From contig DFQC01000025.1 in NCBI GenBank assembly GCA_002377585.1, forward strand, positions 91,740 to 155,739: DNA of 64,000 bases, read 5' to 3'. The notes beneath the pieces were generated by a model, which did not search any database, was not told the DNA's origin, and saw only the letters and a program-made list of their open reading frames with translations. The stretch comes from Anaerolineales bacterium UBA3499. GTDB taxonomy: Bacteria; Chloroflexota; Anaerolineae; Anaerolineales; UBA11657. A program made the translations under genes and the position numbers. Shown here piece by piece: positions 10,132-19,655 of the stretch; position 1 is the stretch's first letter, and each line of letters starts with the position of its first letter.

Positions 10132-11633
10132 CTATGCATCCTTTCCCAACGCCCGACCCATTTCCAATTGGACGCATCTCTTTTGCCTCTCTGAACAACA
10201 TGCGCAGCTTGTTGACGATACTGATGTGCAGCTAAAGCTGCAAATACTGCAGCAATTTCATCATCAGTATCTGATCTATCTCCCAGACTAAAATCCTCAT
10301 CCACAAAGCTTGTGTTGAATTGTCCGGCCATAAATCTATGTGAATTAAGCAACTTTTGGTGAAACGGAATTGTGGTTTTTACTCCAACGATGCGATATTC
10401 CTCTAATGCCCTTCGCATCCGAAGTAATGCCTCTCCCCTGGTTTTACCTGAACAGATCACCTTACTAATCATCGAATCATAATGAGGCGAAATAGTGTAA
10501 CCAGGATATACACCTGTATCTACTCGGACACCAGGACCTGTTGGCACTATGTTAGTATTAATAGTACCTATAGACGGTATAAAATCACGATAAGAATCCT
10601 CCGCATTTATGCGACACTCAATTGCCCACCCCTTCAATTCTATTTCGTGCTGCTGACGACTCAGTCGACGGTTTCTGGCTATACGAATCTGCTCTTTCAC
10701 TATATCCACTCCAGTAACTATCTCAGTGACTGGATGTTCAACTTGAAGTCGCGTATTCATTTCTAGGAAATAATAATTCTTGTCTTCGTCCAACAGAAAT
10801 TCGACAGTACCAGCATTGACATAATCCACCGACTTGGCAGCAAGACAAGCAATTTCTCCCATGTTGGTTCGCAAATCGATGTCATCTGAAAGTACGACCG
10901 ATGGAGCTTCTTCCAAAAGCTTCTGATGTCGTCTCTGAATTGAACACTCCCGTTCTCCCAAATGGATCACATTGCCATGATTGTCAGCCATTATCTGAAA
11001 TTCTATGTGCCGCGCACCTTGTATCAATTTCTCTAGATATACGCTGTCGTCACCAAAAGCAGCTTCTGACTCTCGTCGTGCTTCAGATAGAGCATTTATC
11101 ATCATACTCTGATCATTAACCCGTCGCATTCCTTTTCCGCCACCTCCCGCAGCGGACTTAATTAACAATGGAAATCCAATTTTCGATGCTATCGCTACTA
11201 TTTCATCATCTCGAAGATTAAATTCACCTTCTGTTCCGGGAACCACAGGCACTCCTGTTTTTCGCATAGTACTACGAGCCACAACTTTATCACCCATAGT
11301 CGCAATAGCATGAGGCATAGGCCCAATAAAAATTAATCCAGCATCTATACAAGCCTGAGCAAATTCGTAATTTTCTGCTAAGAAACCATATCCCGGATGA
11401 ACTGCATCCACCTCCGATATCTTAGCTACATTCAAAATCTTTTCTATGTTTAGGTAAGAGTCTCGAGCCTGAGCTTGACCAACAGAATAGGCTTCATCAG
11501 CGTAGTAAACATGCATAGCATGTCGATCAGCCTCTGAGAAAATGGCCACCGTTCTCAATCCGAGTTCATGACAAGCACGTATTACTCGAACTGCAATTTC
11601 TCCTCTATTTGCGATCAAGACTTTCTGCAACAT
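10128..11633 (-). CDS. accC: Biotin carboxylase subunit of acyl-CoA carboxylase
   Basis: KVLIANRGEIAVR, HPGYGFLAEN, GGGGKGMR, RECSIQRRHQK, EMNTRLQVEHPVTE, ECRINAED. Confidence 0.94.
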   Translation of the reverse strand: MLQKVLIANRGEIAVRVIRACHELGLRTVAIFSEADRHAMHVYYADEAYSVGQAQARDSYLNIEKILNVAKISEVDAVHPGYGFLAENYEFAQACIDAGLIFIGPMPHAIATMGDKVVARSTMRKTGVPVVPGTEGEFNLRDDEIVAIASKIGFPLLIKSAAGGGGKGMRRVNDQSMMINALSEARRESEAAFGDDSVYLEKLIQGARHIEFQIMADNHGNVIHLGERECSIQRRHQKLLEEAPSVVLSDDIDLRTNMGEIACLAAKSVDYVNAGTVEFLLDEDKNYYFLEMNTRLQVEHPVTEIVTGVDIVKEQIRIARNRRLSRQQHEIELKGWAIECRINAEDSYRDFIPSIGTINTNIVPTGPGVRVDTGVYPGYTISPHYDSMISKVICSGKTRGEALLRMRRALEEYRIVGVKTTIPFHQKLLNSHRFMAGQFNTSFVDEDFSLGDRSDTDDEIAAVFAALAAHQYRQQAAHVVQRGKRDASNWKWVGRWERMHR

Positions 11634-11637
11634 AAAA

Positions 11638-13188
11638 TTAGAGAGGTATATTGCCGTGTTTCTTGGCTGGATTTGTATCGCGTTTGTTGGAGAGCATCTC
11701 TAACGCATTAATTAATCTAGGGCGTGTCTCATGTGGTTCTATCACATCATCTATATATCCTCTCCCAGCTGCAACATATGGATTGGCAAAAGTATCGCGA
11801 TATTCCTTAACCAACTCTTCTTTGCGTTTATCTGGATCTGACGACTCTGCCAATTCTTTGCGAAATATAATGCTGACAGCTCCTTCAGGACCCATAACTG
11901 CGATCTCCGCCGATGGCCAAGCCAAGTTCACATCTGAACGTATATGCTTGCTATTCATAACATCGTACGCGCCACCATATGCTTTGCGTATGATTACTGT
12001 TATTTTAGGAACAGTTGCTTCACAAAACGCATAAAGCAACTTTGCTCCGGCCCGGATAATACCTCCATGCTCTTGTGCAGTTCCAGGCAGGAATCCAGGT
12101 ACATCCACAAAAGTTACTAGTGGTACATTGAAAGAATCGCAAAACCGCACAAATCGGCTGGCCTTGTCAGCAGCATCTATATCTATCACTCCTGCAAGAT
12201 GAGCAGGTTGATTAGCAACAATCCCAACGCTATGACCCCCAAGTCGAGCAAATCCCACTACTATATTTGCAGCATAGTCCGTCTGAATTTCAAAGAAATC
12301 TGACTCATCTACCACTAAACTAATGACATCTTTCACATCGTACGGTTTATTAGCACTGTCTGGAACAATTGTATCCAGAGCGGTCTCACTTCTAAGGGGA
12401 TCATCATTACTTTCTACAAATGGAGGATCTTCCATATTATTTTGAGGCAAATATCCCAAAAACACTCTCATAAGAAATAAGCAGTCAGCCTCTGATTCTG
12501 CAACATAATGACACACACCAGAAATTTTTGAATGCACACTCGCCCCACCAAGCTCTTCAAAAGAAACATCCTCGTGAGTCACAGTTTTAACAACATCAGG
12601 ACCTGTAACAAACATATAGGATGAATTTTTCACCATAAAGATGAAGTCTGTCAATGCGGGAGAGTACACAGCACCCCCAGCACAAGGACCCATAATAGCG
12701 CTAATCTGTGGAACCACACCCGAAGCTAAAGTGTTACGCAGGAATATATCAGCGTACCCTCCTAAAGATACTACCCCTTCTTGAATTCTAGCGCCGCCAG
12801 AGTCGTTCAAGCCAATCAGTGGTGCACCATTCTTCATCGCCATATCCATAATCTTGCATATCTTTTCAGAATGGACCTGTGATAACGAACCTCCAAAGAC
12901 AGTAAAATCTTGGGAATATACGTATATCAGTCTACCTTCGACAGTTCCCCAACCAGTTACCACACTGTCCCCGAGAACTTGCTTTTCTTCCATTCCAAAA
13001 TCACGGGCACGATGTGTGACAAACATATCCAATTCGTGAAATGAGTCTTTATCTAGCAGCAAGTCAATACGTTCACGAGCAGTCAATTTGCCACGCTCAT
13101 GTTGTTGACTTATGCGTTCTGATCCTCCACCAAGACGAGCTTTTGCTTTCAGTGCACGTAACTGTTCAATTGACGTTTTATTTTTCAT
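11638..13188 (-). CDS. pccB: Propionyl-CoA carboxylase beta (carboxyltransferase) subunit
   Basis: [64 protein letters not shown]. Confidence 0.93.
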   Translation of the reverse strand: MKNKTSIEQLRALKAKARLGGGSERISQQHERGKLTARERIDLLLDKDSFHELDMFVTHRARDFGMEEKQVLGDSVVTGWGTVEGRLIYVYSQDFTVFGGSLSQVHSEKICKIMDMAMKNGAPLIGLNDSGGARIQEGVVSLGGYADIFLRNTLASGVVPQISAIMGPCAGGAVYSPALTDFIFMVKNSSYMFVTGPDVVKTVTHEDVSFEELGGASVHSKISGVCHYVAESEADCLFLMRVFLGYLPQNNMEDPPFVESNDDPLRSETALDTIVPDSANKPYDVKDVISLVVDESDFFEIQTDYAANIVVGFARLGGHSVGIVANQPAHLAGVIDIDAADKASRFVRFCDSFNVPLVTFVDVPGFLPGTAQEHGGIIRAGAKLLYAFCEATVPKITVIIRKAYGGAYDVMNSKHIRSDVNLAWPSAEIAVMGPEGAVSIIFRKELAESSDPDKRKEELVKEYRDTFANPYVAAGRGYIDDVIEPHETRPRLINALEMLSNKRDTNPAKKHGNIPL

Positions 13189-13399
13189 TAGTCATTTACC
13201 ATAACTGTCGACACTAATATTTAGAACACAATGATTATATCCAGCAATTCACTATTAATATACTCAATATAAGCCTAATAATCTCTATACAATTAACACG
13301 GATGAAATCACCTAAGTTACGAATGCTAACACTATTGATTGAATTAATGTAACTGTATAAGCCTTCTGCAAGGTTGACATATACAGAAAATCGATTCAC

Positions 13400-14191
13400 C
13401 TAGTGTTGCCATTCCGGTTTTCTCTTTTCTAGAAAAGCACATATTCCCTCTTGCGCATCAACATGAATAGCATTTGTAACCATCACCTCTCCTGCATAAA
13501 CATATGCTTGTTCCTGTACCATATCTAATTGCTGATAAAACGCTTTTTTTCCAACACCTATTGTGAAAACGCTATGATTACATATACGATCCGCAAGACT
13601 CCTGGTTTCAGTTTCTATCTCTTCACTTGACACTACACGATTGACGAGCCCACACAATTGGGCTTCCTCAGCTGAAATAGGGTCACCGGTTAGCAACATT
13701 TCCATCATTTTCTTGCGGTGCATGTTACGACTCACAGCTACCATAGGTGTAGAACAAAACAATCCTATTGATACGCCAGGTGTAGCAAATTTTGCGTTTT
13801 CATCGGCAACTGCAAGATCACAGCTAGCTACCAGTTGGCATCCGGCAGCTGTAGCCGTACCCTGAACCTGGGCAATAACAGGCTGCGGAATATTTTGTAT
13901 TGTGTCCATCATTTTGGTGCACACATCAAATACCTTGCTATAAAACTTAGTTGTCTTTCCAGCAAGTTCCTGTAAATCGTGTCCGGCACAAAAAGATGGG
14001 CCATTTCCCTGCAAAATTACCACTGATATATCCTTGTTTTCACCAATTGATTGGAAACATCTTGTTAGCTCTTCCATATGGGAAATGGAAAGTGCATTGC
14101 GCTTGGAAGGTATATTCATAACGACATGAGCTATTCTATCGGTAATATCAAATAGAATATGTTGATAAGTTGGTTGTTCTAAATCATCCAT
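13400..14191 (-). CDS. Enoyl-CoA hydratase/isomerase family protein (ECHDC3-like)
   Basis: FCAGHDL, ATAAGCQLVASCD, FATPGVSIGLFCSTP, AFLEKRKP; AGGAG RBS. Confidence 0.88.
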   Translation of the reverse strand: MDDLEQPTYQHILFDITDRIAHVVMNIPSKRNALSISHMEELTRCFQSIGENKDISVVILQGNGPSFCAGHDLQELAGKTTKFYSKVFDVCTKMMDTIQNIPQPVIAQVQGTATAAGCQLVASCDLAVADENAKFATPGVSIGLFCSTPMVAVSRNMHRKKMMEMLLTGDPISAEEAQLCGLVNRVVSSEEIETETRSLADRICNHSVFTIGVGKKAFYQQLDMVQEQAYVYAGEVMVTNAIHVDAQEGICAFLEKRKPEWQH

Positions 14192-14398
14192 ATGCCGGCT
14201 CCTTTGCTAACTACAGCAAAATCAATCAATGATTTTGAGTATTGCAATATATAGTTTGGAAGCAAAAATTATAGCACGCACACATTTCGCAAATCTTTTC
14301 TACACAAATATCCCTGCTTATTTGCCTATTGAAGCATTTATCAACATGATACACTAATTATGTGTTAGTGCTTACAAACTTATTGGAGGCAATTATCA

Positions 14399-15355
14399 AT
14401 GAATTATAGATACCTTGGCCAAACAAAATTACATGTATCTGAACTCTGTCTAGGAACTATGCAATTTGGTTGGTCAGTAAGCGAAAAAGATTCCTTTAAT
14501 ATTATCTCCGCAGCTGTTGAATATGGAATCAACTTTATTGATACTGCCAACATATATTCACAATGGGCGAAAGACAACCCTGGAGGTACTGCAGAAACAA
14601 TAATAGGTAATTGGTTAAGTAAAACTAGTGTGCCTCGTGATGATCTTATCATTGCAACCAAAGTGCGTGGTCAGATGGGTACAGACCCTAACAATCAAGG
14701 TCTAAACAAATCGCACATTATGCAAGCAGTGGAAGATTCTTTGCGACGTTTGCAGATTGATACTATAGACTTATATCAAACCCATTGGCCAGATGAAGAC
14801 ATTAGCATTGATGAAACCCTCGCCGCAATGGACACATTGGTCCAACAAGGAAAAGTACGCTATATTGGTTGCTCCAACTATACAGCCAGGTCTCTCATAG
14901 AAGCATTGTTGAGTAGTAAAAAAAACAATACTGTTCAATTTCACAGTCTGCAACCTCATTATTCACTAGTCAACAGAACGGAATACGAAAGTAGCTTATC
15001 CTCTGTATGTAAAAAATATAAATTAGGGGTTCTACCCTATAGTCCACTTGGCGGGGGATTCCTCACTGGAAAATATCACGCCAATAAACCTCTACCAAAT
15101 AGCGTTAGGGCAAATAAGGCGCAGAACTATATGAGTGAAAAAAACTTTCAACTAATTAGAACATTAGAAACAATAGCACAACTTCGGAACAAATCTATTT
15201 CGCAAATAGCATTAAGATGGCTGTTATCACATCACGAAGTTACAGCTCCCATCATTGGGCCTCGTACAATCACCCAACTACACGACAACTTAGGAGCGGT
15301 CGAGTTCCAATTAACCGAACCTGAACTTGAGAAAATAGATAAAGCAAGTAAGTAA
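14399..15355 (+). CDS. Aldo/keto reductase
   Basis: LCLGTMQFG, FIDTANIY, IIATKV, SLRRLQIDTIDLYQTH, GKVRYIGCSN, PYSPLGGGFLTGKY. Confidence 0.93.
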   Translation: MNYRYLGQTKLHVSELCLGTMQFGWSVSEKDSFNIISAAVEYGINFIDTANIYSQWAKDNPGGTAETIIGNWLSKTSVPRDDLIIATKVRGQMGTDPNNQGLNKSHIMQAVEDSLRRLQIDTIDLYQTHWPDEDISIDETLAAMDTLVQQGKVRYIGCSNYTARSLIEALLSSKKNNTVQFHSLQPHYSLVNRTEYESSLSSVCKKYKLGVLPYSPLGGGFLTGKYHANKPLPNSVRANKAQNYMSEKNFQLIRTLETIAQLRNKSISQIALRWLLSHHEVTAPIIGPRTITQLHDNLGAVEFQLTEPELEKIDKASK

Positions 15356-15420
15356 TTCTAATCTCTATTCATATCTCATTCACGACTTCCATAATAAGAA
15401 AACCTGTATCAAAATTTAGT

Positions 15421-16125
15421 TCAAGACAAGTTCAAGTTGTCTCTTGCCATACAGAAAATACTATCTAACATATCAGGCGTGAGACGTCGAGTTTGCGTAT
15501 TCTGTCGACTAGGATGATAGGATGCCAATAATCTTGGAAACTCATCACCTAAATTAATTATTTCCCCATGACCAAACTTAGGTCTAGGTGTTGGAATAAC
15601 AGCACCACGTTCACCCAAAACTTTCAATATCTGGTCAAAAGCAAGTTTTCCTACAGGAATAATTATTCTCAAATGCTTAAGTAAGTCTAATTCTACATGT
15701 AAGAAACTTGAACAACTATCAATCTCGCTGCGCAGAGGTCTATTGCCTGGAGGTGCGCATCTAGTAATGGATGTCATAAATACGCCTTGTAGCTCAAGAC
15801 CATCACCCCTATATCGTGAAGTCGGTTTGTTGGCATAACCAGACCTATAGAGTGCAGATGCAAGAAAATCTGAAGCGCCCATACCATCCATGCCATCGCC
15901 TGTAAACATTCGGCCTGTACGATTTGCACCATGTGCGGCTGGCGCTAAGCCTATGATTAATATCTTTGCTGCAGGATCACCAAATCCTGGTACCGGTTTA
16001 CCCCAATACTCATCGTGTAGGTACATCTTTTTTTTGATTGCGGCCACTTCACGACAATAATTAATAAGACGAGAACATCTTATGCAACTAGTGATTTCTT
16101 CAGACAAATCCACAAACGATTGCAT
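15421..16125 (-). CDS. Uracil-DNA glycosylase family 5 (UdgB-like, Fe-S)
   Basis: CIRCSRL, GLAPAAHGANRTGRMFTGD, RCAPPGNRP, SYHPSRQNT. Confidence 0.9.
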   Translation of the reverse strand: MQSFVDLSEEITSCIRCSRLINYCREVAAIKKKMYLHDEYWGKPVPGFGDPAAKILIIGLAPAAHGANRTGRMFTGDGMDGMGASDFLASALYRSGYANKPTSRYRGDGLELQGVFMTSITRCAPPGNRPLRSEIDSCSSFLHVELDLLKHLRIIIPVGKLAFDQILKVLGERGAVIPTPRPKFGHGEIINLGDEFPRLLASYHPSRQNTQTRRLTPDMLDSIFCMARDNLNLS

Positions 16126-16159
16126 TCAATCTCCTAACATTTAGACTTAAAAAATCTCT

Positions 16160-18049
16160 TTACTCTCTAACAAGCATCCAACCATTGTCATCAAGTACCC
16201 ATGTGATTTTACCAAGTTGATTGAATTGCCCAGCACTTGTACTAGTGTACATTCCAGCAAATATATATTTGTAATCACTTCTTAATATATCAATGATCTT
16301 GTGGGATTCGCACACCACCTCTTCTATCTTCCAGCTACTCGTTGGACGCCAATTTTCAATAGGTGCATAATGATCAGATGACGCCACAAGTTGCTCAGGC
16401 ACAACAATTTCTTCCACTACCGCAAGATGCACAAATGTACTGTAATTAATTTCGGTTGACACTAAGGTGCTCCAACATAGCATTACATCTAATTGATTAT
16501 TAACCTCATTAAAGGTCCAACCTTGTAGATATATATTGTTTCCTAATTCAATTGTGTCTTTATTGTCAACTAACATAGGTAACTCGTTTCGACTAATTGC
16601 AATCCATCCATCACCTGCAGAGCTGATGTACGGCTGATATCCTAAAACATTTGCCCACCAATCTGGACCAAATCCGTAAATTGAATCAGTGTTTGTGTAT
16701 ATAGTAATATCCCTATCAAGTATCAATGACCAATTTTCAGCATGGTGCAATATATTCCATCCCGGATAAATCCCATCCACTTGAGTCGCATACGACAGGG
16801 CGAAGTGCCGTCTACCCCATGGCGACATAATAGTCGCACTATCTGGTGCTTTCAATTCAGTGAGTTCAGAGATTGCCTGTAAACCAGATGGATCACGAGT
16901 GATATCAAGTACTAATGGTCTATTAACCATAACAAACCAGTATGAAACAGATAGCATTGCTACCAGTACAATCTTATTGAGATATCGAAATTTGCGACAA
17001 ATCCTCGCAATGCCCACTCCTGAAACGACAAGTGTACCAGTGACTACTATCATTGAGATTTGATCGAAAAGTCCTGTTCTAGGTAAACACGCAGCAAACA
17101 GTACATACGCAATAACAGTTGCGACAAATAACCATGTTCTCCTATGGAAAGGTTTAACTAAAGCAAAAGGTAACCCAAATACTACTAACAATATTCCCGA
17201 CCACAGAAATTCCTCGTTGACTATTTGTACAAATTTATACGCAGCAGAAATAAGTTCATCAATGTCTGTGGGTAGACCCTGTAAACCGCTGGCCTCCTTT
17301 GCCCAAAATATTGACCAAAAACCTTCCCAAGAGTTAGGATCACCATATACCCATTGAGATCCATTTGAAGCACGTCTAATAATATCAAGATAGGGTAAAA
17401 AACCAGCTGCAAATATTGCTATAGCTATCACACCCCAACGGATAAGATTGTTGCCACGAGGCATTAGTGGCCATAACCACACTGCAAGCACTGGAAGCAT
17501 GGGTGCAAACAGTCTATGATGTGCACACCCTAAACCTGCTACTAGTGCTAGCATCCACCCCATTTTATCTGACCAACCACCCTCAAGCTTGAGTACAATA
17601 TACAGAGCAAGCAATAAAAGGAAAATCCATAAACTATACACCTCAGCTATTGAGGCATGAATCCACATATTTTTAGTCAGACCAATCACTACACCCAATC
17701 CAGCTGCTAACACAGGTGGTACTGACAATTCCAACAATATAATCACTACAAGAATTACTGATCCAACTGCCCAAAACAATGAAAATAATGATGCTCCAGC
17801 AGTAGGTTCAACACCTACATAATCCAACATCGTCACTACAGGAGATCCCAACATCATATAGAGAGGTGTACCTGTAGGATGTACTGTGCCCCACAAAGAC
17901 ATAGCAACTTGATATTCACCTATATCAACTGCGTAACGGAGATCACTTCCATTGATATCCCACATTAGTGTGGAAACGTAGAAACAAGTGACAACGACAG
18001 CTGTGATAGCACTACAGGAAAACTTTATGGGCAAAGATTGTAATTTCAT
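16160..18049 (-). CDS. DUF2723/TMEM260-like multi-TM glycosyltransferase (GT-C)
   Basis: DIGEY...GTVHPTGTPLY, IAEVYSL and AHH motifs; many TM helices; soluble C-terminal domain. Start set at ATG 18049 to avoid overlapping the upstream gene. Confidence 0.75.
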   Translation of the reverse strand: MKLQSLPIKFSCSAITAVVVTCFYVSTLMWDINGSDLRYAVDIGEYQVAMSLWGTVHPTGTPLYMMLGSPVVTMLDYVGVEPTAGASLFSLFWAVGSVILVVIILLELSVPPVLAAGLGVVIGLTKNMWIHASIAEVYSLWIFLLLLALYIVLKLEGGWSDKMGWMLALVAGLGCAHHRLFAPMLPVLAVWLWPLMPRGNNLIRWGVIAIAIFAAGFLPYLDIIRRASNGSQWVYGDPNSWEGFWSIFWAKEASGLQGLPTDIDELISAAYKFVQIVNEEFLWSGILLVVFGLPFALVKPFHRRTWLFVATVIAYVLFAACLPRTGLFDQISMIVVTGTLVVSGVGIARICRKFRYLNKIVLVAMLSVSYWFVMVNRPLVLDITRDPSGLQAISELTELKAPDSATIMSPWGRRHFALSYATQVDGIYPGWNILHHAENWSLILDRDITIYTNTDSIYGFGPDWWANVLGYQPYISSAGDGWIAISRNELPMLVDNKDTIELGNNIYLQGWTFNEVNNQLDVMLCWSTLVSTEINYSTFVHLAVVEEIVVPEQLVASSDHYAPIENWRPTSSWKIEEVVCESHKIIDILRSDYKYIFAGMYTSTSAGQFNQLGKITWVLDDNGWMLVRE

Positions 18050-18068
18050 TGTATATACTTTATTGAAG

Positions 18069-19655
18069 TTAGGTTGTAGGTGGCACACCGAATCCACCGC
18101 CACCTGGGGTCTGTATGCTTATTATGTCACCAGACCTTACATTTATACTAGTTTTCCCAGACAAAACCTTTTCTACACCATCGCGAATAAGATAATTACA
18201 TCCTACCATGCCAGAACCGCCACCAGACAACCCATACGGAGCAAATATTCGTCGATCCGACAATATCGTGACGTGTGCCTCAGTTAGTACCTCTATTTCT
18301 CTTATAATACCATCGCCACCTTGATAAACACCTGCTCCACCCGAACCACGTCTTACTTCATAACGTCGAATCCGCAAAGGATAAGCGTATTCTAATGCCT
18401 CTACAGGAGTATTCAGCGTATTAGTCATATGTGTATGAATAGCATCATCACCATCATTTGTAGGGCACGCACCCATACCACCCCCAATAGTCTCGTAATA
18501 AGCAAAAGGAGTTGGATGACCAATACGCAAATCTAAACCACCTATAGTTAGATTGTTCATAGTTCCCTGACTTGCAGCTGGCACTTTATCTGGACATACC
18601 TGTGACAAAGCCCCCAAAAGTACGTCCGTTATCCGTTGTGATGTTTCAACATTACCGCCAGCCACAGCAGCAGGCATTCTAGCATTCACAACAGTACCTT
18701 CCGGTGTAATTACATCTATAGGAAGTAAGCAACCACTATTTGTAGGAATATCATCTTCTAAAAGACTTCGGAAAACATACATGGTAGCTGCTAAAGTAAT
18801 GGCTCGAGTAGCATTTATGCTACCAGATACCTGCGGAGATGTACCACAAAAATTCACTTGTGCTTTATCACCATTGATAGTAATACACACTTGAATCTTA
18901 ACTTCATCAATATTAACACCGTCATCATCCATTACATCACTAAAACTATAGGTGCCATTAGGCAATGAAGATATCAACTGACGCATCGTACGATCAGAAT
19001 ATTCAATTAGGCTTTTCATGGCAGCAGTTAAATGATTAGAGCCATACCTTGCCACCAATTCTACTGTTCTATCTACACCTCTAAGATTTGCTGCTATTTG
19101 AGCGCGAATGTCACCAGCCCGTTCTTGAGGAGTACGAACATTTGCAAGCAGCAGTTCTAGAACTGCTTCATTAGTACGGCCTTGTTCCACTAGCTTAGTT
19201 GGTGGAATGATCATACCCTCCTGAAATATTTCAGTTGAAACAGGCATTGAGCCAGGTGACATGCCCCCAATATCAGAATGATGAGCTCTATTTGCTGCTA
19301 GTGCGAACAACTTGCCAGCATGAAAAATGGGAGTGATTAGTGTAATATCTGGTAAATGAGTGCCACCCATGAAAGGATCATTCACCATAATCACGTCACC
19401 AGGCAAAAATTTGATTTTGCGCATACATGACTCTACAGATAATGGCATAGCTCCTAAATGTACCGGTATATGCGATGCCTGAGCTACCATGTTCCCTTGT
19501 AGGTCAAATAACGCACAAGAAAAATCTCGTCTTTCCTTGATGTTGGGCGAATAAGAACTGTACTGTAATGTAACCCCCATTTCCTCGGCAATTGAATCTA
19601 ATAGATGCCTGAAAATCTCTGTTTGCACTGCATCCTGCATCAAATATTTACTCAT
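18069..19655 (-). CDS. Hydantoinase B/oxoprolinase family protein
   Basis: SPNIKERRDFSCA, HIPVHLG, NDPFMGGTHLPD, RAHHSDIGG, GGNVETSQR, SQGTMNN, TPGGGGFG. Confidence 0.92.
   Translation of the reverse strand: MSKYLMQDAVQTEIFRHLLDSIAEEMGVTLQYSSYSPNIKERRDFSCALFDLQGNMVAQASHIPVHLGAMPLSVESCMRKIKFLPGDVIMVNDPFMGGTHLPDITLITPIFHAGKLFALAANRAHHSDIGGMSPGSMPVSTEIFQEGMIIPPTKLVEQGRTNEAVLELLLANVRTPQERAGDIRAQIAANLRGVDRTVELVARYGSNHLTAAMKSLIEYSDRTMRQLISSLPNGTYSFSDVMDDDGVNIDEVKIQVCITINGDKAQVNFCGTSPQVSGSINATRAITLAATMYVFRSLLEDDIPTNSGCLLPIDVITPEGTVVNARMPAAVAGGNVETSQRITDVLLGALSQVCPDKVPAASQGTMNNLTIGGLDLRIGHPTPFAYYETIGGGMGACPTNDGDDAIHTHMTNTLNTPVEALEYAYPLRIRRYEVRRGSGGAGVYQGGDGIIREIEVLTEAHVTILSDRRIFAPYGLSGGGSGMVGCNYLIRDGVEKVLSGKTSINVRSGDIISIQTPGGGGFGVPPTT

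Noticed and set aside
7570-13188. 3-hydroxypropionate bicycle (autotrophy), or isobutyryl-/2-hydroxyisobutyryl-CoA mutase
   Set aside because: No malonyl-CoA reductase or propionyl-CoA synthase in the window, and the mutase has the Tyr/Arg residues of methylmalonyl-CoA mutase.
13353-13386. Stem-loop CTGTATA-AGCCTT-ctgc-AAGGTT-gaca-TATACAG between the crotonase and pccB
   Set aside because: There is no U-tract on the correct side for a terminator and no B12-riboswitch motifs; too weak to call.
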